Shown here in pieces: positions 38,395 to 48,708 of a stretch of DNA of 64,000 bases (the stretch's first letter is position 1; every line of letters begins with the position of its first letter). The stretch spans positions 1-64,000 of the forward strand of contig JBFWWG010000008.1 in assembly GCA_050246315.1 (NCBI GenBank), in the 5' to 3' direction. Source of the DNA: Nitrospiraceae bacterium (GTDB lineage Bacteria; Nitrospirota; Nitrospiria; Nitrospirales; Nitrospiraceae). The notes under the pieces are model-generated. The model made no database searches and was not told where the DNA came from. It was given only the letters and a program-made list of their open reading frames with translations. The position numbers and the translations under genes are program-made.

Positions 38395-40014
38395 TTAGAG
38401 CGTCCCTTGCTTAAATGCGGCCACCAGGTGTTCGGCCGTCCGGGTTGCCAAAGCTGCGATGGTCAGCGAGGGATTCGCCCCAGCTCCGGTGACAAAGACG
38501 CTCCCGTCCGCGATATAAAGGTTGGAAACATCGTGCGTTCGCCCCAAAGGATTCACCACCGACGTTCGAGGATCCTTCCCCATCCGGCATCCGCCCATAT
38601 AGTGGGCCGAGGTCCCAGGCTTGTGATCCTCCGGCTCGAAAATCTCCTCCGCTCCTGCCGCGTGGAACAGTTCGACCAGGGATCGAGTGAACGCCGTAAT
38701 CATCTTGCGGTCATTATCACGATGCTCGCTCGTAATATGCGGGACCGGTACACCGCGGTGGTCCTTTTGATCCGAACTCAGCGTCACGCGGTTCCGTTCA
38801 TCGGGTAACTGCTCGCCACAGGCCGAAAGCTCGAAGCTATGCCCGACCAGCGCGCGCATCCTTGCCTTGTGCGCGCTCCCCCACCCAGGACTGTTCATGG
38901 CCACTGCCTGCGGCCAGGACCAGTCTTGGTTGATCATGATCTGCCACCCACGAGCAAAGTCCTGTCGCGGGTTCGTTTCATAGAAGTCCTGCATGTAGCC
39001 CCCGCCGGGAGGTCCCATCCACGGCTCCAGCGGCTCTCGGAATCGCGCAGTCACGGCGGTGGATAGGTGCTCCATGAAAAACTTCCCGACCATGCCGCTG
39101 GAATTGGCCAGCCCATTGGGGAACCGTCCTGACGTACTCAGGAGCAGCAGTCGAGGGGTCTCCACCGCATTGCCGGCCATGACAACAGCCTGTGCGGTGA
39201 TCTCCTGCTCCTTTCCCGTTGGATCAAAATAGATTACGCCCTTTGCTTTTCCATCCGACCCGATCCGGATCTCCCGCGCCAAACTCTCCGGTCGGATCTC
39301 GACGCGTCCCGTCGCTTCGGCTTTCGGTACGTATGTGACATCCATACTGGATTTTGCCCGGATACGGCATCCGTATCCGCAAACACCCGCCCGTATGCAG
39401 GCAGGACGTCCGCCCCAGGGCCGTGTGGGGATTGCAAGCGGGATCTGCACCCAATGCCACCCCAGCTTCGCCGCACCCCGCTGTATCAAACGGCTCGCAC
39501 AACTGAGTTCGTGCGGCGGATTGGGGAACGGCTTGCTCCGTGGAGGATCGAAAGGATTGGCTTCTGTGCCGACCGGGCCGCTCACCCCAAGTTCGTGCTC
39601 GACCCGTGTGTAGTACGGCTCCAGATCCGCATAAGTAATCGGCCAGTCTTCTCCTACCCCATCTCGGCTCTTCACCTGGAAGTCGGATTCATGGAAGCGT
39701 GGGACTTGAGCTTGGTATGCCAGTGTCGATCCTCCGACACCCTTTGCCCTGGTGAAGACAAACCCCTCGGACCCGCCGGCGCCGTATAGATTCTGGCGAG
39801 AATCTTTCGGCTCAAAGAACATCTTGGTGGCTTTTTTGACGAAGTCCTGCTGATCGGTTGCATAGTGAAGCACGGGATCATACCGCGGGCCTGCCTCAAG
39901 CACTACGACTCTGAGACCGGCTTCTCCCAGCTCCTTGGCAACAACCGCACCTCCGGCTCCACAGCCGATTACCACGACATCAGCCTTCGCCTTTTCGATC
40001 CTGAGATTGGCCAT
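38395..40014 (-). CDS. GMC-family FAD oxidoreductase (large subunit)
   Basis: GCGAGG FAD motif; KGVGGST; C...C..GC Fe-S motif; ETPRLLL; HYMGGCRMG; NPSLTI. Confidence 0.92.
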   Translation of the reverse strand: MANLRIEKAKADVVVIGCGAGGAVVAKELGEAGLRVVVLEAGPRYDPVLHYATDQQDFVKKATKMFFEPKDSRQNLYGAGGSEGFVFTRAKGVGGSTLAYQAQVPRFHESDFQVKSRDGVGEDWPITYADLEPYYTRVEHELGVSGPVGTEANPFDPPRSKPFPNPPHELSCASRLIQRGAAKLGWHWVQIPLAIPTRPWGGRPACIRAGVCGYGCRIRAKSSMDVTYVPKAEATGRVEIRPESLAREIRIGSDGKAKGVIYFDPTGKEQEITAQAVVMAGNAVETPRLLLLSTSGRFPNGLANSSGMVGKFFMEHLSTAVTARFREPLEPWMGPPGGGYMQDFYETNPRQDFARGWQIMINQDWSWPQAVAMNSPGWGSAHKARMRALVGHSFELSACGEQLPDERNRVTLSSDQKDHRGVPVPHITSEHRDNDRKMITAFTRSLVELFHAAGAEEIFEPEDHKPGTSAHYMGGCRMGKDPRTSVVNPLGRTHDVSNLYIADGSVFVTGAGANPSLTIAALATRTAEHLVAAFKQGTL

Positions 40015-40026
40015 CAATCTTGCCTG

Positions 40027-40758
40027 CTAAGCCTCTGGTATGCAGGAATGGCCACGGCCCGCATAGCCAAATGGAAACGGCGGACCTGAATAACCAAGCC
40101 ACTCCCACGCGATCGGCGTGGAGTAAAAGGCTTCCGCAGTGTCTCGAACTACTTGATCGACCAATATCAGGGCTGGATCACTAACCCCGGCGAGTTGCCG
40201 GTAATAGAGATGCTGCAATTTCCATTGTACTTTCCCTGAGAAGGTGGTCGGCGGAACCTGCGGCCAAAGTCTGGCATAGGCCAACTCCAAAAAAGTAAAT
40301 AGTTCTCGCTGCTTATCATGTGATAGTTCAATAAATGCTTGACCATGTCTTTTCTGAGCCAGCCCATTGATTGCCTGCAGCCCCTCGGCATATCGTCGCC
40401 GTACGGGCTCGGCATGGAGGGTCGATTGTTGAATCTGCTGTGCGACCCCAGCCTCCCTTGCGCCGGGCCCCTGCTCGTCGGAAGGAATAATCACGGCTGT
40501 CAGTGCCTCTAACGTGCGGAATTCGTCGGAGGACAAACAGCGTCCATCCGCGCAGGTCGCAGTCGACACAACGGTATCCGAAGCCTCAGCATATCCCGTG
40601 TATTGACCGCCTCCGTCGCGCCCCCCTTGCGTTGCCAGATCGAGCCAGGTCTGACCGAAAGCGATCGCAGCCCCGGTGGCCAGCAGACGGCCTACGAACC
40701 TTCGTCGAGAAATACCCCGGTTCCGCCTCCGTATGAAGTGAACATCTCGCATGCCCAT
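40027..40758 (-). CDS. Gluconate 2-dehydrogenase subunit 3-family protein (Tat-exported small subunit)
   Basis: SRRRFV twin-arginine signal; IIPSD..PGA.EAGV; FYS.P..W..LGY.GP. Confidence 0.82.
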   Translation of the reverse strand: MGMRDVHFIRRRNRGISRRRFVGRLLATGAAIAFGQTWLDLATQGGRDGGGQYTGYAEASDTVVSTATCADGRCLSSDEFRTLEALTAVIIPSDEQGPGAREAGVAQQIQQSTLHAEPVRRRYAEGLQAINGLAQKRHGQAFIELSHDKQRELFTFLELAYARLWPQVPPTTFSGKVQWKLQHLYYRQLAGVSDPALILVDQVVRDTAEAFYSTPIAWEWLGYSGPPFPFGYAGRGHSCIPEA

Positions 40759-40787
40759 CAGATTGCCGCCAAGTGTGCCGTCGAGCT

Positions 40788-42119
40788 TTAGGATTTTGGC
40801 TGCGTCCCCGGTTCAACCTGTTCTTGGAGCAGGCCGCAGGCCACCAACGCTTCGGCCGCTCGCTGTACCTCCTCAAACGACACATCCGCCCGCTCGGCAA
40901 TGTCCAATAGCGAATGGCGACCATCTGACAGGTTCAGCACCCATAAGATCACCAACTCTCGACTTTGCCTTTCCTGCTGTCCTGCGATGGCACGATAGAG
41001 CCCTCGGCGACCGAGTTGGGGCTCACATTTTGGATTTTGGTTCACATAGGTGCGATCCTGTTCCAGGAGGTCGAACACGGTCAAGCAATGCGAATAGGAT
41101 CTCGCCAGGGCGTCCGGCTTCACAAAATCCATGTCATCTGCCGAGGTATGATACTCGGGATATTCACCGTGGGGTGTCCTCATGAAACATCCGACCGGCA
41201 GGTCGAAGCCCGGAGAACAATATTGTCGCTCATCATAACCGTACGGGAAGAAATCGATAACGCTGTACGGCTCCCTTGAATGCTTCAAGATATGCTCCAT
41301 GGCCCGATCGATTTCTGCACGGCCCCGGCGACTTCGCTTGTACGTCACGCGATCTCCCGCGCCTATGCCGGTCAACACCAATCCATGCCGGATCCGCGAC
41401 ACCGCTTGTTCGTTGCGGGCCAGCCACGTGATCGACCCGATCGTCCCGGGAATGAACACAAAGCGATACGAGTATCGCGGCACACGACGCAGCAGTGTTT
41501 CGGCAAGGAATGTGGCCACCGCAATACCGGAAAGGTTGTCATTACAAAGCGAAGGATGGCAGATATGGCAGGACACCAGGACTTCCTGACTCGTCTCTCC
41601 GGCCAGGTAGCATTCTCCATAAGTGAGCGTACCCGGAACCAGAGTGGAATCGATGCAAATTTCATATTCTTCGTCCGACAATTGTGACAGTTGCTTGTGA
41701 GTGAGACAGAACCCCCAGTTCTTCTTGTAGTAGGAAGTACGATATGGAATCCATTCCGGATGTTCAGCACAGGTGAAGAGATGTGGCCGGAGGTCCGCCA
41801 AGCGCATTGTGGCTCGAACCGGTGCGCTATAGCTCATCACGTGCAGATTGGAGGCTTGGAAATCGACAATCCGTTTCCCATGACGATTCTTGATGAAGGC
41901 GTCCGTAATATTCCATTCAAGGGGTACGGACCAGTCGAAGACACGGGTACCGCTAGGCACTTCATGGAGTACAAGCGGAATCCGTGCCTGCAACGCACGC
42001 AGCGTTGTGCGAACCCCTTCTCCGGTAATGCTCCGACAGATCGGATAGAGCTCGCGAATGAGGTCATGCATGCCGGCTCCCAATCGACTCATGTCGCCAT
42101 GATGCTCCATGTCTGCCAT
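40788..42119 (-). CDS. DUF4910-family protein (peptidase-like fold with C-terminal winged helix)
   Basis: LYPICRSITGEG, NLHVMSYS, PYRTSYY, HICHPSLCNDNLSG, DERQY and EYHTSAD motifs. Confidence 0.88.
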   Translation of the reverse strand: MADMEHHGDMSRLGAGMHDLIRELYPICRSITGEGVRTTLRALQARIPLVLHEVPSGTRVFDWSVPLEWNITDAFIKNRHGKRIVDFQASNLHVMSYSAPVRATMRLADLRPHLFTCAEHPEWIPYRTSYYKKNWGFCLTHKQLSQLSDEEYEICIDSTLVPGTLTYGECYLAGETSQEVLVSCHICHPSLCNDNLSGIAVATFLAETLLRRVPRYSYRFVFIPGTIGSITWLARNEQAVSRIRHGLVLTGIGAGDRVTYKRSRRGRAEIDRAMEHILKHSREPYSVIDFFPYGYDERQYCSPGFDLPVGCFMRTPHGEYPEYHTSADDMDFVKPDALARSYSHCLTVFDLLEQDRTYVNQNPKCEPQLGRRGLYRAIAGQQERQSRELVILWVLNLSDGRHSLLDIAERADVSFEEVQRAAEALVACGLLQEQVEPGTQPKS

Positions 42120-42143
42120 GAATCCCTTTTGGCCTAATACCGA

Positions 42144-43649
42144 CTAGATCCTTGCCTGGTCCGGCTCGAGCTTCATCTTGTCGAGAACCTGAAGAACGGC
42201 CTCCGCGACAATACGATTTCCAATCACATTGTAGTGCGTCGGAAGCCTGAAGGGGAACAGCGCCAGGGGATCATCCTCTGCGGCGAAAACGGGGTGCATA
42301 TCTACAACTGGTATCTCAAGCGACCTCACAATGGCCAATACGTCTTCGCGATTGGGCTGTCCACCAATCTCCGGAACATAGCGCTCATACCGAGGGAGGT
42401 AGACAAAGACAAGTCGCCCTCCCCAGTCGGTCACGCTTTGCCGGGCTTTTGCCAATATGGCTCGAAAGAGCTCGAGTTCCGCTTTTCCTACCGAGGGCTG
42501 ATATGGTGCCGACCTCACCTTCTCCGTCTGGGTTGTGGCGGCAACTAATGAACTTTGGACCAAATCCCATACATAGGACAGCTTGAGGGTGCGGGCCCAC
42601 TCCAGACCATGCTGTCTCGGATGTACGAATCGATCCGAGAAAGAGGCCAGTTTGGCCCTGAAACTGCGTGCTTGCATGGCCCCGTCGATATGCGTCATCA
42701 AGGCCTGATCGATCTCCGACTGCTTCTTCACCAAACCCTGAACGAAGTCGTTTTCTAGATAATGCTGCATGACCGTCTGCCGCTCTCTCATCATGTCGTA
42801 GAGATCATTACCTTCGAAATAGGACCAGATCACGATCTGGGGACGCAGGGTTGAAAGATATTCCTTGATGGCGGCAATTTGCACCAACGGACCCACACCG
42901 TCATTTCCCAAATTGAGGGTTGCCGGGTAGCGCCGGCGGATCAGCGCGGTGTAACTCTCATCCATTCGGACACAAGCACCGTGTACGAAGGAATCCCCCA
43001 CCACGGCGATTTGAATTCTAGGTTGGCTCCACATCTGCCTCGGATTGGCAAATCCATGCTCGTCGCTGTCATACAGGACATACTCCCCGTTCTCGTTGCA
43101 GTAGACCGTCAGCTTATTCGCAACACCTCCAATTGGAAGCATCTCCCTACCATCCATGTGAATGAGAGATTCTCGGTACTTCGTGGGGAACGGTCCGGAG
43201 TAGTGCGTCCACCATTCCCGGAGAACGACGCGCGGGGCGATGGACGGCCAGGCATCGAGGCCTTGGCTCCGTAGGTCTGTGAGGATCTCCAGCCGACTGC
43301 GCGTGTCAAACGGCACCCCGAGACTCCTGGCGACCTTGGCTCGATCCTGCCGCTCTTCACCGGATTGAAACGACACCCACCGCGTGGGAGGATCCAGATT
43401 GGTCGACGCATCGGCAAAAGCTAGGACCAAATTGAAGATGTAGCACGTCAACACCGTTGCGACCCATGCAAAGGCCGCATTGATTCGCCACTCAGCATTC
43501 AACCTGGCCATCACCATCAAGGCAACGGCCATGGCGACTGGCAAGGCATACTTGATGTCCCATCCGTGAACCACGACCAAATAGCCGGCCACGAAAATGC
43601 ACAGCAAACCGCTCGCTCTCAACACTAGGGCTGCGATGCTAGCGATCAT
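42144..43649 (-). CDS. SGNH/GDSL-family protein with three N-terminal TM helices
   Basis: VVGDSFVHG, NLGNDG, FEGND and PTHYN..GN. Confidence 0.82.
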   Translation of the reverse strand: MIASIAALVLRASGLLCIFVAGYLVVVHGWDIKYALPVAMAVALMVMARLNAEWRINAAFAWVATVLTCYIFNLVLAFADASTNLDPPTRWVSFQSGEERQDRAKVARSLGVPFDTRSRLEILTDLRSQGLDAWPSIAPRVVLREWWTHYSGPFPTKYRESLIHMDGREMLPIGGVANKLTVYCNENGEYVLYDSDEHGFANPRQMWSQPRIQIAVVGDSFVHGACVRMDESYTALIRRRYPATLNLGNDGVGPLVQIAAIKEYLSTLRPQIVIWSYFEGNDLYDMMRERQTVMQHYLENDFVQGLVKKQSEIDQALMTHIDGAMQARSFRAKLASFSDRFVHPRQHGLEWARTLKLSYVWDLVQSSLVAATTQTEKVRSAPYQPSVGKAELELFRAILAKARQSVTDWGGRLVFVYLPRYERYVPEIGGQPNREDVLAIVRSLEIPVVDMHPVFAAEDDPLALFPFRLPTHYNVIGNRIVAEAVLQVLDKMKLEPDQARI

Positions 43650-43724
43650 GATGACGCCACGCTCTGCTGAACGGAAGGAACGGACAACGACACGCGGATG
43701 TGATGCGCGGGAGCACCTCTATCC

Positions 43725-44264
43725 TCAACATGACAATGGTCGGTAGTCAGAATAACTCTGATCACGTGAGGAAATGATACGCACGGCCAGCGGCCATTGA
43801 ATGTCGAAAATCGGATCGTTCCACCTCACCCCTCGAGCGGACTCCGGCTCGTAAAATGCTGACATCAAGTACGACACCTCCGTATGGTCTTCCATCGTTT
43901 GAAACCCATGCGCCAATCCCTCGGGGATAAAGAGCATCTTCCCCTCGCGAGACGAGAGTTCGATTCCTAGATACTTTAGATAGGTCGGAGACTCAGGGCG
44001 CAGATCGACTATCACATCATACAGACTGCCGGATGTGCATCGCACCAATTTGCTCTCTCCGTGCGGTGCTGTTTGGTAATGTAACCCGCGTAACGTCCCC
44101 GCACGATGATTACTCGAAACATTGCCCTGAACCCATACCACTTTCAGTCCGTGAGCCTCGAACTCTCGTTGGCACCACACCCGTGAAAACAATCCTCGCT
44201 CATCCTGTATCGGTTCAGCCTCAATAACATAGACTCCCTTCAACTCAGTTTCTCGAAAGATCAT
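43725..44264 (-). CDS. rfbC: dTDP-4-dehydrorhamnose 3,5-epimerase family
   Basis: DERGLF, GTLRGLHYQ, KLVRC, DLRPES, GLAHGF and WND motifs; start 44264 by ATGA overlap. Confidence 0.92.
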   Translation of the reverse strand: MIFRETELKGVYVIEAEPIQDERGLFSRVWCQREFEAHGLKVVWVQGNVSSNHRAGTLRGLHYQTAPHGESKLVRCTSGSLYDVIVDLRPESPTYLKYLGIELSSREGKMLFIPEGLAHGFQTMEDHTEVSYLMSAFYEPESARGVRWNDPIFDIQWPLAVRIISSRDQSYSDYRPLSC

Positions 44265-45496
44265 GCATACACCTTCACCTCCGGGATCGGGACCACGAAC
44301 GATCCGCCCCACTCGCGGATATACGCCATCTGCTGCATGACTTCATCCCTCAGATTCCACGGCAGAATGAGTACATAGTCAGGACGGGTTTCGCGAATTC
44401 TATCAGGAGCATAAATCGGAAGTCGCACCCCAGGCAGGTAGTGTCCTTGCTTGTAAGGACTTCGATCCACCGTATAGTCAAGCAGATCCATGCGCACACC
44501 ACAATAGTTGAGCAACGTATTCCCCTTGGCTGGGGCTCCATAGCCCACGACTCGCTGTTTCCTTTCTTTGGCGGCGATGAGAAACGCCAACAACTTGCGC
44601 TTTGTTTCTTCGACTTGCGGACCAAATGAAAGGTAGTGACTCAATCGGCCAAACCCCTCCGCCTCCTCACGTGCCTTCAACGCTCCCGCTCGTGAGGACA
44701 CCGGCTTCGATCCGTCTTCAGCATGACAAGCGTAGATGCGAAGCGACCCGCCATGCGTGGGCAATTCCTCCACATCGAACAGCCTCATCCCATGGCGGAC
44801 GAAGACCTGTTCCACGGCAAGGAAGGAGAAATAGGAAAAATGCTCGTGATAGATCGTATCGAATTGGTTGTATCTCATCAGTTGAAACAGATGGGGGAAC
44901 TCCATCGTGACCAATCCCGTCGGCCGCAGGAGCGTTTTGAGGCCCTTCACGAAATCGTTAAGGTCAGGAACATGGGCTAGGACATTGTTGCCGATGATCA
45001 GATCCGCAGCCCATCCCTCTTCCCAAAGTTCAGCCGCAGTCTTCTCGCCGAAGAAGGCTACTCGGGTTTCAACGCCTTTCTTCCTGGCCGCCTCCGCAAC
45101 ATTGGCCGCGGGCTCGATCCCGAGCGCCGGAATGCCTCGTCCGACGAAGTTCTGCAATAGGTATCCGTCATTGCTCGCGATTTCCACGACCTTCGTTCGT
45201 TGGTCGAATTGAAACCGTTCCACGATCATCTCAACATATGTTCGGGCATGATCGAGCCATGAATCGGAGAAGGACGAAAAGTACGCGTAGTCAGAAAACA
45301 TATCATCCGGGGTCGAGAACTGTTCCAACTGAACAAGGAAACACTCTCCGCACACGTACGCGTGCAGTGGATAGAACGGCTCCATTTGATGAAGATGGTC
45401 CGATCTGATATAGGAATTTGCCAGGGGAGACATACCCAGATCAACGAACGTGTGCTTCAATGGAGCCGCGCACGCTCGGCACCGTGAGCCTCCCAT
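44261..45496 (-). CDS. NDP-hexose C-methyltransferase (zinc-binding, class I SAM)
   Basis: CRAC...DLGMSPLAN, EIASNDG, NNVLAH, FDTIYHEH and YGAPAKGNT motifs. Confidence 0.9.
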   Translation of the reverse strand: MGGSRCRACAAPLKHTFVDLGMSPLANSYIRSDHLHQMEPFYPLHAYVCGECFLVQLEQFSTPDDMFSDYAYFSSFSDSWLDHARTYVEMIVERFQFDQRTKVVEIASNDGYLLQNFVGRGIPALGIEPAANVAEAARKKGVETRVAFFGEKTAAELWEEGWAADLIIGNNVLAHVPDLNDFVKGLKTLLRPTGLVTMEFPHLFQLMRYNQFDTIYHEHFSYFSFLAVEQVFVRHGMRLFDVEELPTHGGSLRIYACHAEDGSKPVSSRAGALKAREEAEGFGRLSHYLSFGPQVEETKRKLLAFLIAAKERKQRVVGYGAPAKGNTLLNYCGVRMDLLDYTVDRSPYKQGHYLPGVRLPIYAPDRIRETRPDYVLILPWNLRDEVMQQMAYIREWGGSFVVPIPEVKVYA

Positions 45497-45551
45497 GTCC
45501 ACCTCTCCTTTCCCAGTCAGGTCCCGAACAATCTCTGACAGTTACCTGTGC

Positions 45552-45569
45552 CTTATCTCTCTTATCTCT
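45552..45569. repeat. 9-bp tandem duplication (CTTATCTCT x2) spanning the SDR stop codon
   Basis: Seen directly. Confidence 0.6.
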
Positions 45570-46626
45570 CTTGTGCGATTCGGTCAGACCATTCCAGGTT
45601 GCTGGTCAGATGCCTGCTCTCCCTTAACCGCTGCAATGTGACAAGCCGCATGAATTCGCCGGTTCGGAAATCAGCGTCCTGGAAGCTCATCCCCTGAAGA
45701 CCATCTCGTAGGTCCATTACCGCATTCTGAAGATCCACTACGGGCAGAAAACCCTGCGCCAGCTTGGTGAACTTATCGAAATTGACGCGATAGGAGCGTT
45801 TATCGGGTTGCGCGTTCTTGTTAACGGTCACCTCAACATTCGGCACAAGCCTCGCGACAGCATCCGCCAAGTCCTTCACTTGGTAGTTCCAAGTCTCAGT
45901 CCCCACATTGAGGATGAGATAGGCTCCTCCATCACGAGAATCGCGCTGCACAGCCCAATCAATGGCTCGAGCCATATCAGTCACATGGATGAGCGGGCGC
46001 CAGGGAGTCCCGTCACTTAAAATATTGATACGGCCAGACACCAACGCTCCGGCGACGAAATCATTCAATACCAGATCCAATCGCAAACGCTCGCTCATTC
46101 CGCATGCCGTTGAAAACCGGAGGCAGGTCACGACAAACGTCTCCGAAGAGAGGGCAGCTAGGTCTCGCTCGGTCCACACTTTTGACTTTGCGTAGGCCGT
46201 CAGCGGATTCAGCGCATCCTCCTCTCGACGAGGCCCCCCTTCGGCAAACCCATAGACGCTGCAACTTGATGCGAATACGAATGCCTTCACTCCCGCCTGT
46301 TTCGCTTTCCTCGCAAGATTGATGCTGGCCCGGTAGTTGATGTCGAGGGTCACCTCTTCGAAATGAGCGCCCATGGGATCATTGGAAATGGCGCACAGAT
46401 GAACGACGGCGTCGGTCCCACGTAACATTTCCTCAGGAACATGCCTGATATCAGCAAAATATTGCACATCCACTCGAGTTTCGGGAAAGCGCGGCACTCC
46501 TGTCAGACAGTGGGCGAAGTAGCCCATGTCATATCCCACCAATTCTATTCCTGGGTGAGAATCCCTCAACCGGCGCAGTACTGCCGGCCCAACATATCCC
46601 ATGTTCCCTGTGACAACGATCTTCAT
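45562..46626 (-). CDS. NAD-dependent epimerase/dehydratase (extended SDR)
   Basis: TGNMGYVG, AISNDP, ASSCSVYG, YAKSK and RLDLVLN motifs. Confidence 0.9.
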   Translation of the reverse strand: MKIVVTGNMGYVGPAVLRRLRDSHPGIELVGYDMGYFAHCLTGVPRFPETRVDVQYFADIRHVPEEMLRGTDAVVHLCAISNDPMGAHFEEVTLDINYRASINLARKAKQAGVKAFVFASSCSVYGFAEGGPRREEDALNPLTAYAKSKVWTERDLAALSSETFVVTCLRFSTACGMSERLRLDLVLNDFVAGALVSGRINILSDGTPWRPLIHVTDMARAIDWAVQRDSRDGGAYLILNVGTETWNYQVKDLADAVARLVPNVEVTVNKNAQPDKRSYRVNFDKFTKLAQGFLPVVDLQNAVMDLRDGLQGMSFQDADFRTGEFMRLVTLQRLRESRHLTSNLEWSDRIAQER

Positions 46627-46636
46627 GCGCACCCCC

Positions 46637-47833
46637 TTAGCTTACGACCGCACGGATTCGTTCACATACGTAGTCAGAAAATGGAAGTCCGCATGTAAAG
46701 GCAGGTGAAACAGCATTCAAGACATGCATTGAGCGTGCATCACCCTCCAACACAAAATCCATTTCGAGTTTGCGCGTCTTGATATCAACCAGTTGTGCGC
46801 GAATCCCCGGTTTGCCCCAGTCCTGGAAATGCTTGGAGGTGACTCCTTCGGCGAGTTGGCTGGCAAGTGCGACCATCCTGGTCTTGGAATACTTTGCCAT
46901 CTCTCGGATGGCAAGCGTTTTGAAATCGAAATTTGATCGGCCGAGCAGACTCAACCCTCTCGCCGCCACTTCAATGAATTCACTCCACTGGAAATTGGCC
47001 GTGCCTCCGTAGTGTTCTCGCCAGAATCCTGGAATAGCGGTTGGACCGATCTTGACCTTCCCATTTGCCGCTACGGTGAAATGCACGCCAAGGAAGGGGT
47101 TATTGAGATTCGGAACCGGATAAATGTTAGTACGGATCGACCCGGGAGGTTCATTGGAATACAGGTAGAGTCCTTTGAAAGGTAAAATCCGAAATCGGGA
47201 GGAGAAGCCAAATCCACGCGCGATCTGGTCTGCATACAGGCCAGCCGCATTGACTATATAGCCGGCTTCACGGACCCCTTGCGTGGTCACCACCCGCCCG
47301 TTGGATGTATTAAGATATCGGACCCCGCAGTGGAGTTGCACCCCTTCATCGACCGCATCCTTTTTCATCGCCTGCATGACGAGTATTGGATCGATCGTAG
47401 CAGTCGCGGGAGAGAATAATGCCCTTTCGCAGGTCTTTACCCTGGGTTCGATAGCTCGGGCCTCCTTCTCTGAAATGTTTTCAAGAGGAATCCCGTTCGC
47501 TCGACCTCTTCGAAGTAGCTCATCAAGGCCTGTGTGGTCGTTCCGATCCTTGGCCACCACCAGCTTCCCGCATTTGTTCAGCGGAATCCCTTTTGCCTCA
47601 CAGTACTCCGTCAAGAGCCGATTTCCTCTCCAGGATAATTTCGCCTTCAAGCTGTCTGGAGAATAATAGAAGCCCGCATGCAACACCCCGCTATTGCGGC
47701 CGCTCGCATGTAATCCGCAGTCAGGTTCTTTTTCTATCAGATGGACGGACTCGCTGGGAAACATCCGCTTGAGGCCACGCGCGATGTTCAAACCGATGAC
47801 CCCACCGCCGATCACGAGAAAATCCGAGCGCAC
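46637..47833 (-). CDS. lhgO: L-2-hydroxyglutarate oxidase-family FAD oxidoreductase
   Basis: GGGVIG, ASGRNSGVLHAG.YY..DSLKA, PFLGVHFT, GIRAQ and NAVSPAFT motifs; start GTG 47833. Confidence 0.88.
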   Translation of the reverse strand: MRSDFLVIGGGVIGLNIARGLKRMFPSESVHLIEKEPDCGLHASGRNSGVLHAGFYYSPDSLKAKLSWRGNRLLTEYCEAKGIPLNKCGKLVVAKDRNDHTGLDELLRRGRANGIPLENISEKEARAIEPRVKTCERALFSPATATIDPILVMQAMKKDAVDEGVQLHCGVRYLNTSNGRVVTTQGVREAGYIVNAAGLYADQIARGFGFSSRFRILPFKGLYLYSNEPPGSIRTNIYPVPNLNNPFLGVHFTVAANGKVKIGPTAIPGFWREHYGGTANFQWSEFIEVAARGLSLLGRSNFDFKTLAIREMAKYSKTRMVALASQLAEGVTSKHFQDWGKPGIRAQLVDIKTRKLEMDFVLEGDARSMHVLNAVSPAFTCGLPFSDYVCERIRAVVS

Positions 47834-47837
47834 GGTC

Positions 47838-48623
47838 TCACCACATCTTCCACGGCGCCGTAGATGACTGCCATAGCTCTTCCAGATAGGACTTTTCACG
47901 CAAGGTATCCATGCACGACCAGAATCGATCGTGGCGATAACCCATCAGTTGCCCTTCCCGTGTCAACCTTTCAAGTGGCTCCCGCTCCCAGCTCATACCA
48001 TCACCCTCAACATAATCGATCACTCGAGGATTGAGGATATAAAATCCTCCGTTGATCCATCCCTCCCCGGCATTTGGTTTTTCCTTGAACTCCAAGATCT
48101 GGTCGCGAATACGATCATCGTCGAAAATCATTCTTCCGAATCGTGCCGGCGTTCGAACTGATGTCACGGTTGCGAGCTTGCCATGCGCTTGGTGAAACTT
48201 AATCGAATCCTGGATATCAATATCGGCCACCCCATCCCCATAGGTGAAGAGAAAATACTCCTCCCCATCCAACCATTTCTTCAGGCGTTTCAGACGTCCT
48301 CCCGTTTGGGTATGCAGTCCTGTATCGACAAGATGAACTTTCCAATCCTCGTGCTGTCTGCCGTCGTGGATCGTTGTTTTCCCGGATTCCAGATCGACGG
48401 AGATATCCTTGTTAAACGCATAAAAGTTCATGAAGTACTCTTTGATCATTTCACCTTTATAGCCCAACGCGACGATGAACTCCTTGATGCCGTGGGTCGC
48501 GTAGATCTTCATGATGTGCCATAAGATAGGCTTCCCACCGATTTCGATCATCGGCTTCGGACGAAGATGCGTCTCTTCTGAGAGTCGAGTCCCCATCCCT
48601 CCAGCCAAAATCACGGCTTTCAT
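47838..48623 (-). CDS. rfbF: Glucose-1-phosphate cytidylyltransferase
   Basis: LAGGMGTRLSEET..PKPM, TGGRLKR, TYGDG, WINGGF, MDTLR and APWK motifs. Confidence 0.94.
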   Translation of the reverse strand: MKAVILAGGMGTRLSEETHLRPKPMIEIGGKPILWHIMKIYATHGIKEFIVALGYKGEMIKEYFMNFYAFNKDISVDLESGKTTIHDGRQHEDWKVHLVDTGLHTQTGGRLKRLKKWLDGEEYFLFTYGDGVADIDIQDSIKFHQAHGKLATVTSVRTPARFGRMIFDDDRIRDQILEFKEKPNAGEGWINGGFYILNPRVIDYVEGDGMSWEREPLERLTREGQLMGYRHDRFWSCMDTLREKSYLEELWQSSTAPWKMW

Positions 48624-48708
48624 TGGTGCGCCTCCCTTCTTGCCCTTCTCGTATGGTTGCTAGGCGAACCCCTGACGTCAAGGTCAATTTCTTGATGAAT
48701 TCTGTGGT

